Below the pieces are notes generated by a model that was not told the origin of the DNA, did no database searches, and saw nothing but the letters and a program-made list of their open reading frames with translations. 64,000 nt of DNA from Candidatus Hadarchaeum sp. (GTDB lineage Archaea; Hadarchaeota; Hadarchaeia; Hadarchaeales; Hadarchaeaceae), in NCBI RefSeq assembly GCF_049969415.1, contig NZ_JBMFOX010000002.1, positions 32,001 through 96,000 on the forward strand, given 5' to 3'. This document shows positions 10,819 through 20,367 of this stretch, piece by piece. A program made the translations under genes and the position numbers. Position 1 is the stretch's first letter. The number at the start of each line of letters is the position of its first letter.

Positions 10819-11496
10819 TCACTTCTCCACAAATTTAGCTTCCTTGATAAGTAAATACCCATTGGTCCCCGTCCAGATCTTTTCCACATTTACGGCTTCA
10901 ATTCTTTTTTTAAAAAGAGGCGCGTCTAGAACGAAGCTCTCATATTCCCCGCCCTCGCCGCTAGGATTTATCCCATACTTTTTACTCAACTTCTCCAGGT
11001 CCTCGATGGTCCCCTCGTCGATTCTCCTACCCAGCCAGCTCTGGTCAAATCCTTGGGCGGAGACGCTGGTGATAATGATTTCAAATCCTGTTTTAGTCAT
11101 CTTATAAAGGATTTCAATAGGGTTGGATCCCCAGAGAGGAGAAAGGGAAACTAGGCCCAGCTCTCTGGCGATTAGGTCAATCCTGTTTTTCTGGTACGAG
11201 CTGGAGATGCTTCCGCTGACGATTCCCTCTATCTCTTTCCTCACCCCTTCGATGGCCTCTTTAAGGTCCCTGAGTTCGCTCTCTTTTTCACCGGGCGTCT
11301 GCCGGATAATCTGTTTGATCCCCATGGCCTCAGCTTGTAGCTTGGTGGCTTCGATGTTTACTGAGTGAAACATCCAAGAGTAGGGGTTCTTGGGGAACAT
11401 CGTGATGAGGTATTTCACTTCCAGCCCCCTTTTGAGGGAGAGATAGGTGGCGTAAGTTGAGTCCTTTCCCCCGGTGAAGAGAACGGCGGCTTTCAT
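10819..11496 (-). CDS. Diphthine--ammonia ligase (Dph6 family PP-loop ATPase)
   Basis: FTGGKDS, SWMFHS, YQKNRI, PLW, GEGGEYES.VLDAPLF. Confidence 0.88.
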   Translation of the reverse strand: MKAAVLFTGGKDSTYATYLSLKRGLEVKYLITMFPKNPYSWMFHSVNIEATKLQAEAMGIKQIIRQTPGEKESELRDLKEAIEGVRKEIEGIVSGSISSSYQKNRIDLIARELGLVSLSPLWGSNPIEILYKMTKTGFEIIITSVSAQGFDQSWLGRRIDEGTIEDLEKLSKKYGINPSGEGGEYESFVLDAPLFKKRIEAVNVEKIWTGTNGYLLIKEAKFVEK

Positions 11497-11569
11497 CTGA
11501 GCACGACCAATCAGGTGGATTTAATTTCAACTTTAAATAGATAGGTTCAGAATTAATTTCGGTGCCCGG

Positions 11570-11926
11570 GTGAAGAGACCGCTGGTAGCCCTTCTGGTTC
11601 TTGTGGCTGGAGTATTTTTGATGCTGGAAGGCTCAAAACTTTACACCGTTTCATTTTTGACCGATTTAATTCTGCTCATCGGCGGTGCCGTTCTCACCAT
11701 ATCCTACCTACCGCTAATGGGAGACTACCTTACAAAAAAATTCGGCGGAAACTCTGTCATAACTTACCTCCCCGTTCTCGCAGTTTTAGGTGCTGGATTG
11801 ATCTGGCAGTCGGGCTTTAGAATTCTGGCCTTGACGGACAGGATTATTTTTGTCGTTATTGGGGCAATCTTACTGGCCGCTTCTTTGATTTATCTCCGTG
11901 GCATCATGAAATCTGGTTCGAAATGA
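11570..11926 (+). CDS. Hypothetical 4-TM membrane protein
   Basis: Four hydrophobic segments; GGTG SD 5 nt before GTG. Confidence 0.65.
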   Translation: MKRPLVALLVLVAGVFLMLEGSKLYTVSFLTDLILLIGGAVLTISYLPLMGDYLTKKFGGNSVITYLPVLAVLGAGLIWQSGFRILALTDRIIFVVIGAILLAASLIYLRGIMKSGSK

Positions 11927-11941
11927 TTCCACCGGCCAGAC

Positions 11942-13852
11942 TTAAATTACTCCCCGGTTAAAGTGTCCCGTTGTATAACCTTTCCTTATTTTGCAGTCGT
12001 CAAATGGTTCGAAGTTCAATATTTTTCGATAGATGCGTATGAACCTATCGACGTCCTTCTCTACGTCGATATAAAAATATTTTATGTCGGCTCGGACGTA
12101 GTCGCGAGCCTTGTTGAACAAACCCAGTTGTTTCCAGTTTAGTATTTCTGTTATGCCGTGGTTGTTTCTGACCCTGAAACGTCTGCCCTGCTCGTCGATG
12201 AGTTCCTTGGCCTTCAACTTCTGCCTACTGTTCATTAATACGATGTCACCGTGGATCATCACGATGAAACGCTTGTTCTTCAGCGAGACCATTTCTCGGA
12301 AATTTAGTTCTGGAGAGATGATGGGGATGCCCGGGTAGCAGCTGAGATCGACGTCGTTGAAACAGTTGAAGGAATAATCCAAGTGGATGTCGATCCCATT
12401 CAAAAATGGCAACAGCCCCCGATTACCGACCAGCACACCTTCGGGGCCTATTTGTTTTATTTCTTCAGCGATTTCAACCAGACGTTGATCCGAGATTATT
12501 CGCGGGGTGTAGACGAAGAATCTAGATTTCTTCACCAAGTTTTTAACTTCCCTGCAATCTTCCTTGAGGACATCGTAGTAAACCACGTCAGCACCAGCTT
12601 CTTCGGCGGCTATCGCCATTTCGCGATTGTAGACCTTAGCAAAGATTTTGACAGCCGAATTGTTTTCAACTGGTTTAAAGCTGGGCAGCGTGATTTTGTT
12701 CGTTTTCAAGGTTGCTTTTACAGGTTTTATTTCATCGCCCAGTTCAAGCCTAATGTCAACAGATGAGGTTTTGTATATCAGGGAGCCGTCATCCGCTCCC
12801 CTAGTGTCTATCTCAACCTCGTCACCGGCAAAAGCCTGTTCCACCTCAACGCCGTCTTTTAAAATTCTGCCTACCTTGTATCCCCGAATTTCCTCGTTGA
12901 TCCAGATGGCCACCCCATCGCCGATTTTCAGGCCGGCCCTTAGTCTCAACTTGCCGCCCTTGATACAGCCAAGAAACAGACCCCGGTTCTTCGGACTTTT
13001 TGAGTCCACGATGTTGTCGTTGAAGGCGAAGCCGGTGGTGAACCCCCTGTTGAAGACGACCATGAGGTCTTCGATGTCCTTTTTATCAACCTTGAAATTC
13101 CCCTGATAATAGGCGTCGATGTATTTGTGATAGATGCGAGCCACCGTGGCTACATAGAGCGGGCCCCTCAGCCGCCCCTCGACCTTCAGGGACTTAACGC
13201 CGGCCTCGATTATCTCGGGAAGCTTTGGCAATAGACAGAGGTCCATGGTACTCAGCGGATACTTGTTGTTGTATTTCTTCCGGCAGGGCTGGGCACACAT
13301 TCCCCTGTTGCCGCTCCTGCCACCGGCGATTGAGGAGAAGAGACATTGCCCGCTGTAGCTAAAACAAAGTGCCCCGTGGACGAAGACTTCCGTGGGGAAT
13401 TTTTGAGACATGGCCTTTACTTCCCCGTAGGATAGCTCCCTAGCGAGAATGACTCGGTCGATGCCCTTAGGTATCGAATAGCTGTTGACCGTTGTTGCCT
13501 GCGTGGAAAGATGGATCTCCAGACCGGGGAAGTTTTGCCTGATCAACGGGATGAGGCAATGGTCTTGGATAATGATGGCGTCAGCTCCAGCAGAATAGGC
13601 CACGTTAATCAGCTTGAAGTAGTCCTCAAGTTCATCATTTTTGACTAGGGTGTTGAATGCCACGTAAACCCTGACTTTTCTTTCGTGACAGTAATTCACG
13701 GCACTGAAGATGTTTTTCTCGTTGAAATTTTCGGCCAACATTCTGGCGTTGAATTTGCTCAGGCCGAGATAGACGGCGTCGGCTCCATTTTTTACCGCGG
13801 CCCTTAGGCACAGCTCATTGCCAGCAGGCAGAACCAGTTCCACTTTCGACAT
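11942..13852 (-). CDS. U32 peptidase-family protein (Fe-S, RlhA/TrhP-like RNA hydroxylation)
   Basis: GADAVYLG, HLSTQ, LARELS, HGALCFSYSGQC, NRGMCAQPCR, LKVEGR, C-terminal YTTGHF.RGV. Confidence 0.88.
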   Translation of the reverse strand: MSKVELVLPAGNELCLRAAVKNGADAVYLGLSKFNARMLAENFNEKNIFSAVNYCHERKVRVYVAFNTLVKNDELEDYFKLINVAYSAGADAIIIQDHCLIPLIRQNFPGLEIHLSTQATTVNSYSIPKGIDRVILARELSYGEVKAMSQKFPTEVFVHGALCFSYSGQCLFSSIAGGRSGNRGMCAQPCRKKYNNKYPLSTMDLCLLPKLPEIIEAGVKSLKVEGRLRGPLYVATVARIYHKYIDAYYQGNFKVDKKDIEDLMVVFNRGFTTGFAFNDNIVDSKSPKNRGLFLGCIKGGKLRLRAGLKIGDGVAIWINEEIRGYKVGRILKDGVEVEQAFAGDEVEIDTRGADDGSLIYKTSSVDIRLELGDEIKPVKATLKTNKITLPSFKPVENNSAVKIFAKVYNREMAIAAEEAGADVVYYDVLKEDCREVKNLVKKSRFFVYTPRIISDQRLVEIAEEIKQIGPEGVLVGNRGLLPFLNGIDIHLDYSFNCFNDVDLSCYPGIPIISPELNFREMVSLKNKRFIVMIHGDIVLMNSRQKLKAKELIDEQGRRFRVRNNHGITEILNWKQLGLFNKARDYVRADIKYFYIDVEKDVDRFIRIYRKILNFEPFDDCKIRKGYTTGHFNRGVI

Positions 13853-13950
13853 CCGAAAAGATAGTTGAACCTCTGTTTGTAAAAGGTTTGAACCAACTTA
13901 ATATCGGCGCGCCGCCACTTATTTTGGAGGTCGAAATCAGGAGGGATCCG

Positions 13951-14808
13951 ATGAACATCTCAGCAGGGGTGCCTTTTGGGTTGGTGGCGATGCTTTCTTG
14001 GGGCATAGCCGATTTCTTTGCGGCCAGAGCGATTAGAAACGTAGGAGTGTTCAAAACGCTTGTCTGGGGGCAAACTATCGGCCTGCTGGTTTTGATTTTC
14101 ACCTCTTTCTTGGTCGGAGTCTTCACCCCCACTATTGACATGATTGGGATTATTTTGCTTGCCGGATTTCTTAACGTGGTCGCCTGTTTGTCTTTTTATC
14201 AGGGACTACAGGTCGGGAAGGTTTCCATAGTCAGTCCCGTTTCAGCTTCCTGGGTCGTAGTTACCGTCATTCTGAGCTTAATTTTCCTCGGAGAAACTCT
14301 TTCCTCATTGCAGGCCGCCGGCGTTGTTCTTACCATTTCTGGAATTTTTCTGATTTCTTTCAGATTGCGGGACCTCTTTGGTCTTAGGTTGAAAAACATC
14401 GCCGCCGGGGTGCAGTTTGCGGCAGTGTCGATGGTGGCCTGGGGAGTGCACTACATTTTCTTCGATATCCTTGTCGCTGGATGTGGCTGGTTCTTGCCTG
14501 TTTTAGCGGTCAAAGCTGTCACCGTGTCCTGCTTGTTGCTGTACGCAGGCTTTGCGAAGAGGGATGTCTCCTATCCGAGGAATGTAGCACCTCTGGTGAT
14601 TATGGTTGGATTTTTAGAGGCCGCGGCTTTCTTGTCCTACGGAGCCGGAGTGTCCTTAGAGTTCACGGCAATCGTGGCTCCAGTTGCGGCAACTTTTCCC
14701 TTGGTGACCATTGTGCTGGCTAGGATATTTTTCAAGGAGATGATGGAGGTTAACCAGAAAATTGGTATCGGCGCGGTATTATTGGGCTTGGTTTTGCTAT
14801 CAGTTTGA
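13951..14808 (+). CDS. EamA/DMT-family transporter
   Basis: About 10 TM segments, two EamA repeats (GKVSIVSPV; IVAPVAATFPLVT); GGAGGG SD. Confidence 0.85.
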   Translation: MNISAGVPFGLVAMLSWGIADFFAARAIRNVGVFKTLVWGQTIGLLVLIFTSFLVGVFTPTIDMIGIILLAGFLNVVACLSFYQGLQVGKVSIVSPVSASWVVVTVILSLIFLGETLSSLQAAGVVLTISGIFLISFRLRDLFGLRLKNIAAGVQFAAVSMVAWGVHYIFFDILVAGCGWFLPVLAVKAVTVSCLLLYAGFAKRDVSYPRNVAPLVIMVGFLEAAAFLSYGAGVSLEFTAIVAPVAATFPLVTIVLARIFFKEMMEVNQKIGIGAVLLGLVLLSV

Positions 14809-14811
14809 TTT

Positions 14812-15471
14812 TTAGCTTACCAAATTCAGTTTTTTCAATCCTGCCACGATTTGTTCAGTAATCAACTCTGGAGGGGCATCCACGGAGTTGCAGGTGACGG
14901 TTATCACCGGTATCCTTTTCTTGTAATATTCCAGCAGAGGTTCGGTTTGTTTTTCATAAACCCGGAATCTTTCCTCGATGACCGACTCTTTATCGTCGTC
15001 CCTCTGATAAAGAGGTCCGCCGCATTTATCGCAAATTTCATCAACCTTCGGCTTTAGTACAAGGAGGTTGTAGACCGCCCCGCAATTTTTACAGACCCTT
15101 CTCGCCGAAAGCCTTTTCACGATGATCTCCTTAGGTACCGACAAGTTGATGCAGGCGTCTATTTTCACGATCTCATCTAGGGCCCTGGCCTGTTCCAGCG
15201 TTCGGGGAAAGCCGTCAAGGATGAAACCATTTTTACAGTCGGGCTGATTGATCCTTTCCCTTATCACTTCAATCACGATTTTGTCCGGAACCAGCTGACC
15301 GCTGTCCAAATATTTTTTAATTTTTTTGCCCAGCTCCGTACTTTCTTTAATTTCATTCCTGAAGATGTCTCCCGTGGAGATGGCCGGGATGTTAAATATT
15401 GATTTTAGCCTTGAGGTCTGGGTGCCTTTGCCCGATCCCGGTGCTCCCAGCATTATCAGTTTCACCCTCAT
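14812..15471 (-). CDS. adk: Adenylate kinase, bacterial-type with Zn lid
   Basis: GAPGSGKGTQ, ISTGDIFR, GFILDGFPRT, lid CKNC...CDKC, QRDDD. Confidence 0.94.
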   Translation of the reverse strand: MRVKLIMLGAPGSGKGTQTSRLKSIFNIPAISTGDIFRNEIKESTELGKKIKKYLDSGQLVPDKIVIEVIRERINQPDCKNGFILDGFPRTLEQARALDEIVKIDACINLSVPKEIIVKRLSARRVCKNCGAVYNLLVLKPKVDEICDKCGGPLYQRDDDKESVIEERFRVYEKQTEPLLEYYKKRIPVITVTCNSVDAPPELITEQIVAGLKKLNLVS

Positions 15472-15583
15472 CGCCCCGTCAACGTTTTTGGTTCAAGAAT
15501 CTATTTGAGCACCCCTATAATAAACTGTCGTGGGAAAGGCTCTTGGAGGTTCAAAACCGTGGTTTATTGAAGGGGGTGAGCAG

Positions 15584-16006
15584 ATCATTGAAGTAATAAT
15601 TTTTATTCTGGGGCTGCTGCTGGGAATCGCCTTGGCTTTCATCTACTTAAGGGGACAGCTGGCGATTCGGTTTGAGCGCTGGAAGTCAGAATTTGAGGAA
15701 AGGATCAGACAGGAGGTCCTCGAGAGAAGCCGCGCCGTGCTCAAGGGAAAGATAGCCGAACAGCTCGCCCCGCTGTTGCCCATGTTCAAGTATGAACCCG
15801 CCGACGCAAGATTTCTGGGTTCCCCTGTGGATTATGTGGTTTTCGAGGGTTACAAGGAGGGAGAACCAAAAGGGGTGGTCTTCGTTGACATCAAGACGGG
15901 CAAGAGCGCCGATCTCACGCCGCTACAGCGGAAATTAAAGCAGGTGATTGAACAGGGAAGGGTGCACTGGGAGACCATTCATCTGGGTGGCTTAGAAAGC
16001 GAATAA
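15584..16006 (+). CDS. Membrane-anchored Holliday-junction-resolvase-like PD-(D/E)xK endonuclease
   Basis: N-terminal TM, SRAVLKGKIAEQLAP, RFLGSPVDYVVF, FVDIKTG. Start is ATC 15584 (GGGGGTG SD) or GTG 15530. Confidence 0.8.
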   Translation: MIEVIIFILGLLLGIALAFIYLRGQLAIRFERWKSEFEERIRQEVLERSRAVLKGKIAEQLAPLLPMFKYEPADARFLGSPVDYVVFEGYKEGEPKGVVFVDIKTGKSADLTPLQRKLKQVIEQGRVHWETIHLGGLESE

Positions 16007-16020
16007 TTTTTTGGTGGTGC

Positions 16021-17247
16021 TTAGAGGCCGAGGATGTCCAAAGCGCTGCCTTTTACACCAGCAAAGAAGAGGATGCAGGGTACCATGAGCACTCCCATGG
16101 CGTGGGTCCTTTTGACCTTTGATACGGCGGGCAAAATCCCGATGGCCGTGGCGGTGGCGAGCACCAGAATTCCCATCACTCCGGAGCAGTGAATGGTGAG
16201 TGCGAGTATGAATACCATGACGGTGATACCGAGGCCACGATAGGGAAAACGGTCTATGTATCTTGCGGCAAGCTTCCCCAGCTGGAGCTGCAGGTTTGCT
16301 GCGATTCCTCCAGCAAGTAAAACCGCGCCGATGATTAGTAGCGGGGTGATGGTCCCTGTATCCATGATCTTCTCGACGGCAACCGCGGCCCCGCTTCTGG
16401 CCCTCCCGATGGCGAAGATGGCAACGAAGGAGAAAACTGCCTTGGAGACGTTCACGCTGCTCACTGATATTAGAAATTCTTCGTTGCCTTTGGAACGTAC
16501 AGCCAGCTGGGCCAGCACGGTTCCCTGTGACGGACCGATGCTCGGCACGATTCCGGTCAAAATTCCTGCAGCGGCTCCCGCACACACGGGTTTTAATCCC
16601 GTTTTGATATTCACCGGTTCATCTTCAGTATGCTGTTCCGGAAGAGAGCTGCAGTTGAAGATGCTGGGCAACAGCACGCTAACTCCGAAAAGGCCGGAAA
16701 GCAGGGGCAGCAGAGAGGAGTCTGCAGGCATCAGTCCGGTGTCCAGTGAAAAAAGACCGAGTAATCCAGACATCAAAAAGATCGCCGCGGCCCAGACAAT
16801 TTTCCTCAAGGAGCGCTCTAGAAAAATCATTATTCCGGCGACAGCGAGAAGCAACCAGTGCATCTGGGGCCTGATGGCGGCATAAATCGGTCCGATGACG
16901 GGCATGAGTGGCAAGGCCAGAGCCGCGGACAGCAACACTCCACCTAGGCACCCGGTTGTTGTGAGCCTTATTGCCTGATACCCCCTACCCTCAAGAAGAA
17001 GCCGGTGTGCGGGCAGCACGGACAACTCGTTGCCTTCTTCCGGGGCCGCCAAAAAGGTTGCCGGAATGTAGCTGATGAAAGCGTTCGTGATCGACATGGC
17101 GACTATCAGAGCCGCCATCTCCGCCGAGGCACCGGTGGAAAGAGCGATTAGAATCGGAGCTAGGTTATTGACGTGAAGGCCCGGAATCAGACCGGTCAGG
17201 GTCCCTAGAGCCACACCCGCCAAGACGTGGGCGAGCGTTTCCAGCAT
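16021..17247 (-). CDS. Archaeal TctA-like (DUF112) multi-pass membrane protein
   Basis: GTLTGLIPGLHVN, SYIPATFLAAP, SVLPAHRLLLEGRG, PLLSGLFG, KRTHAMG. Confidence 0.82.
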   Translation of the reverse strand: MLETLAHVLAGVALGTLTGLIPGLHVNNLAPILIALSTGASAEMAALIVAMSITNAFISYIPATFLAAPEEGNELSVLPAHRLLLEGRGYQAIRLTTTGCLGGVLLSAALALPLMPVIGPIYAAIRPQMHWLLLAVAGIMIFLERSLRKIVWAAAIFLMSGLLGLFSLDTGLMPADSSLLPLLSGLFGVSVLLPSIFNCSSLPEQHTEDEPVNIKTGLKPVCAGAAAGILTGIVPSIGPSQGTVLAQLAVRSKGNEEFLISVSSVNVSKAVFSFVAIFAIGRARSGAAVAVEKIMDTGTITPLLIIGAVLLAGGIAANLQLQLGKLAARYIDRFPYRGLGITVMVFILALTIHCSGVMGILVLATATAIGILPAVSKVKRTHAMGVLMVPCILFFAGVKGSALDILGL

Positions 17248-17913
17248 CTAGGCATCCTCGATCACATGCAAATGCGAGGCGCTAGTTAACTTCAGCTCGA
17301 CTTTTCCGTTGTAGAGCTGCACCCAGCCGTCCACTCGGACGGTATCACCGACGTGCACTTCGGGCAAGCCATCTTCGACAATCCAAGACGGAATGAAGAC
17401 CTGTATCAGGTTACCGTCATCTTGTAGCGTCAGCACCAGATTTCCGCTCCCAACGATTTCACGCTTGGAGATTACACCTTGGACCTTGGCTGGAGAGCCG
17501 GCGTTTGCCTCGGTGATTTCGGACAACGCCACCGGCGCTGTATGCACGACTTTGATGTCTTCAGCTTCCTCTGGAATAACTTCAAACTCCCCTTGGTAGA
17601 GGGCGACCTCCCCCGTTATCTCCACGTTGTCCAGCAGCTCAATTAAGTCCTCAAGTTGGGCACGGGTTCGGGAGAAAATCGGCACGTTGACGAGGCTGCC
17701 GGACTTATCCTTCACCTTCAAAAAGAGGTGCCCCGCCTCATGTTCCCGATAGTCGATGACCTGTCCCGACACGGAGACCCTAAGACCGATGAAGCTCTCG
17801 TTCAGGCTAGCGATTGGCGTGATTCTAGGCCTGTTCGAGATCGCGGCCGCATATATGGCGGCCAAGCCCACCAAGGAACATATCAGGCTCAGCTTAGCCA
17901 TGTTTCTTGCCAT
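17248..17913 (-). CDS. Membrane-anchored protein with two OB folds
   Basis: N-terminal TM, then two repeats (HLFLKVKDKSG...VEITGEVALYQGEFEV; LVLTLQDDGN...VRVDGWVQLYNGKVEL). Confidence 0.75.
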   Translation of the reverse strand: MARNMAKLSLICSLVGLAAIYAAAISNRPRITPIASLNESFIGLRVSVSGQVIDYREHEAGHLFLKVKDKSGSLVNVPIFSRTRAQLEDLIELLDNVEITGEVALYQGEFEVIPEEAEDIKVVHTAPVALSEITEANAGSPAKVQGVISKREIVGSGNLVLTLQDDGNLIQVFIPSWIVEDGLPEVHVGDTVRVDGWVQLYNGKVELKLTSASHLHVIEDA

Positions 17914-18020
17914 GTTTTACCCAGCGGTGCTTTGCGGGATGGTTTTTAATAAGTGAAAAAGCCGAGCAGCGGGGAGACGATAATTATTATAACCTGTGGG
18001 TTTAGTTAATTTTGATCTTC

Positions 18021-18632
18021 ATGTTTGGGTTCACCGGTACCGTAGTTGGTCTGAGATGCAAGGAAGGCATAGCGCTGGCATCGGACACCCGCGGTACTTC
18101 ATATTACCTTGTGGTCAGCAAGAGGGTTCCTAAGTTGTTTAAGCTTGACGATTTCATCGGTGCCGCGATTGCGGGAAATTCTGGAGATATTCAGAGCTTT
18201 GTGAGCCTGCTCCGGGCCGAGGCCAACCTCTATCGGTTGAATCAAGGCCGCCACATCACGACAAAGGGCTTGGTGCAGGTGGCATCGAACCTCCTCTTCG
18301 GCAGGCGGGCTTTTCCCTACATTGTCGCCGGCATTATCTCCGGCATAGACCCAGAGGGACCCAACCTGTATTTCCTTGACCCGGTGGGCGGGAAGATTGA
18401 GGAGGAGAAGTTTGCCAGCGCTGGAACGGGGTCGACGATTGCCTACGGGGTCCTCGAGCAAATGTACCGAGAGGACATGTCGTTGGAGGAATGTGCTAAG
18501 CTGGCGGCGCAGTCGATAAAAACGGCCATCGAGAGAGACGCAGCCACGGGTGAAAAAACAGTGGTGGCGATCATCGATAAAAATGGTTACCGGGAACTCT
18601 CTGACGAGGAGATCGCTAATTTACTCAGATAA
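18021..18632 (+). CDS. psmB: Proteasome beta subunit (Thr1 replaced by Gly)
   Basis: GTVVGLRCKEGIALASDTR, K33 in VPKLF, GTGSTIAYGVLE, AIERDAATG. Confidence 0.9.
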   Translation: MFGFTGTVVGLRCKEGIALASDTRGTSYYLVVSKRVPKLFKLDDFIGAAIAGNSGDIQSFVSLLRAEANLYRLNQGRHITTKGLVQVASNLLFGRRAFPYIVAGIISGIDPEGPNLYFLDPVGGKIEEEKFASAGTGSTIAYGVLEQMYREDMSLEECAKLAAQSIKTAIERDAATGEKTVVAIIDKNGYRELSDEEIANLLR

Positions 18633-18649
18633 TCAAGATTTTTAGGCAG

Positions 18650-19621
18650 CTAGCCAAAGATGGGGAGCAAGTAGTCAGTTTCCTTGCGGAGAATCTCCTT
18701 ATAATTTATCGCCTGTTCGATGCTTTTGACCTCCGTTTCCACGACGACGGTCTCTGCCCTTTTTATCTTAGCCAGCCTCGCATAGCGCTCGAGGTTGTAA
18801 TGTTTTAGTAACCCCCATTCCAGATGCAATGGCGGTCGTAGGGTCATTTCTCCGGGAACGTAGTCGCTCAAATGAAGCTCCTTGATGTAATCGGGCGGTA
18901 TTGGTTCAAGAGCGCTTTCCGGTTGTGGTGGCGTTTGGTGGGTAAATTCGGCATTGGTCAGCCAATTTCCTATATCGAAGTTGAAGTAGATAGGGAGGTC
19001 CTGTTCCCTGAGCTTTTTCACCAGTTTGAGACATTCATCGATTTCGCTGCAGATGCCTTCAAAGGCAGTGTTGTTCTCCAAGTGAAGGGCCAAACCTAGC
19101 TCCCGGGAAAACTTTCCGAGTTCCACTAGGCTATTGATTAAGGCGTTGTGTACCATCTCTCGATAATTATCAGTCCTGTTTTCTGCAGGGACGTTTCCTG
19201 GACGCAGATTTACGTATTTAGCCTCGACATCGGCGGCCAGTTGGATGTGTTTTTTCTGGATTTCTGTTGCGGCTTCCCTGTCTTCTTCCCGGAGCGAGCC
19301 GATGCCACCGTTGGCGAAAGAGTGGGGCAGGTTTACGGACAAGGTTATTCCGTTTGAGTTGGCGAGTTCTTTGATCCGTTTCCTTTTTTCAGGGTAAAAG
19401 TCCAAGTAGGCGTCGGTGGCGTCAAGTTCGATTTCAAGGTGTGGCATCCCGAGATCGGTGATGATTTTAATCTGCCGTTCAACGTTCAAAGTGGCCTTTT
19501 TAAAAACTTCAGGTTTAATCGATTTTAGGTCTAGGTTCCCCTTTATGAAGGCGAGCCTTTCCCTTTCGTCGAGGTGTTCTATCAGGAGACAGTTCTTGAA
19601 ATTTCGGCCGAGGTTAACCAT
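18650..19621 (-). CDS. Sugar-phosphate isomerase/epimerase / AP-endonuclease-2 TIM-barrel protein
   Basis: LHLENN, FNFDIGN, ELHLSD; several usual metal His residues appear substituted (SVNLP, VNLRPG). Confidence 0.65.
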   Translation of the reverse strand: MVNLGRNFKNCLLIEHLDERERLAFIKGNLDLKSIKPEVFKKATLNVERQIKIITDLGMPHLEIELDATDAYLDFYPEKRKRIKELANSNGITLSVNLPHSFANGGIGSLREEDREAATEIQKKHIQLAADVEAKYVNLRPGNVPAENRTDNYREMVHNALINSLVELGKFSRELGLALHLENNTAFEGICSEIDECLKLVKKLREQDLPIYFNFDIGNWLTNAEFTHQTPPQPESALEPIPPDYIKELHLSDYVPGEMTLRPPLHLEWGLLKHYNLERYARLAKIKRAETVVVETEVKSIEQAINYKEILRKETDYLLPIFG

Positions 19622-19695
19622 TTTTATCCCAGTATAAACTATTGCGTTGCTTTTTACGCTTTACGGGGTTATCAGAAAAGAGTCTATTCCAGCTT

Positions 19696-20277
19696 TTATT
19701 CCAAGGCCTTACGTCCCAGCTCCGTCGGTTTGAGTCGGGAATCCAAGTATTCCAGTATCTGGAGCCTTCTTATCTGGCCCTTGGCAACGATTAGTGGCAT
19801 GCCGGCAGCGGAAGCCGCTCGATCTATCGATGCCCCCTTATCCAGAGCTTTCATTATCGTTCGCCCGGCTTCGCCCACCAGAATTTCGTCGGCTATCCTC
19901 CTCTTCACCGCCGGGTCTATGTTGGGCCTAGCGTCCATTATCCTGGTGAGAAGCTCGAAGCCCTCCACATCGCCGTATTTGCTGCGAAGCACCTTTTGAG
20001 AGATGGTCGAGCCAGCAATGGCTCCCCGAAGGCTCTCCAGGTCCCTGATGAATTGGAAGAGCTCTTGGTAGCGTCTCAGCTTGCCCTCTTCGCTGAGCCC
20101 AAGGGCGTTACGCAACGATTCGTTAGCTTCCCTCAGCACCCTCAGCTCTTCGCGTTGGGCCTCGATTTCCTGTTGTAACTTGCGCTGGCGTGCCCCGCCA
20201 CCGGAGTAAAGTATCCAGCCCAGAAGAATTAGGATGATTGCGACCAGAAATATTTCAATCCAGATATCAACTGTCAT
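19696..20277 (-). CDS. Hypothetical protein: N-terminal TM, coiled coil, C-terminal winged-helix-like domain
   Basis: IFLVAIILILLGWILY; RKLQQEIEAQREELRVLREANESLR; IDRAASAAGMP..AKGQIRRLQILEYL...PTELGRKAL. Confidence 0.65.
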   Translation of the reverse strand: MTVDIWIEIFLVAIILILLGWILYSGGGARQRKLQQEIEAQREELRVLREANESLRNALGLSEEGKLRRYQELFQFIRDLESLRGAIAGSTISQKVLRSKYGDVEGFELLTRIMDARPNIDPAVKRRIADEILVGEAGRTIMKALDKGASIDRAASAAGMPLIVAKGQIRRLQILEYLDSRLKPTELGRKALE

Positions 20278-20367
20278 CCCATCTCCCATACAGGTTTGAG
20301 TGTCGGGGCATTTAAAACTACAGGGCACTTCATTATCTTAGGGTGCAAAGGGGGCGGAGGTGAAATA

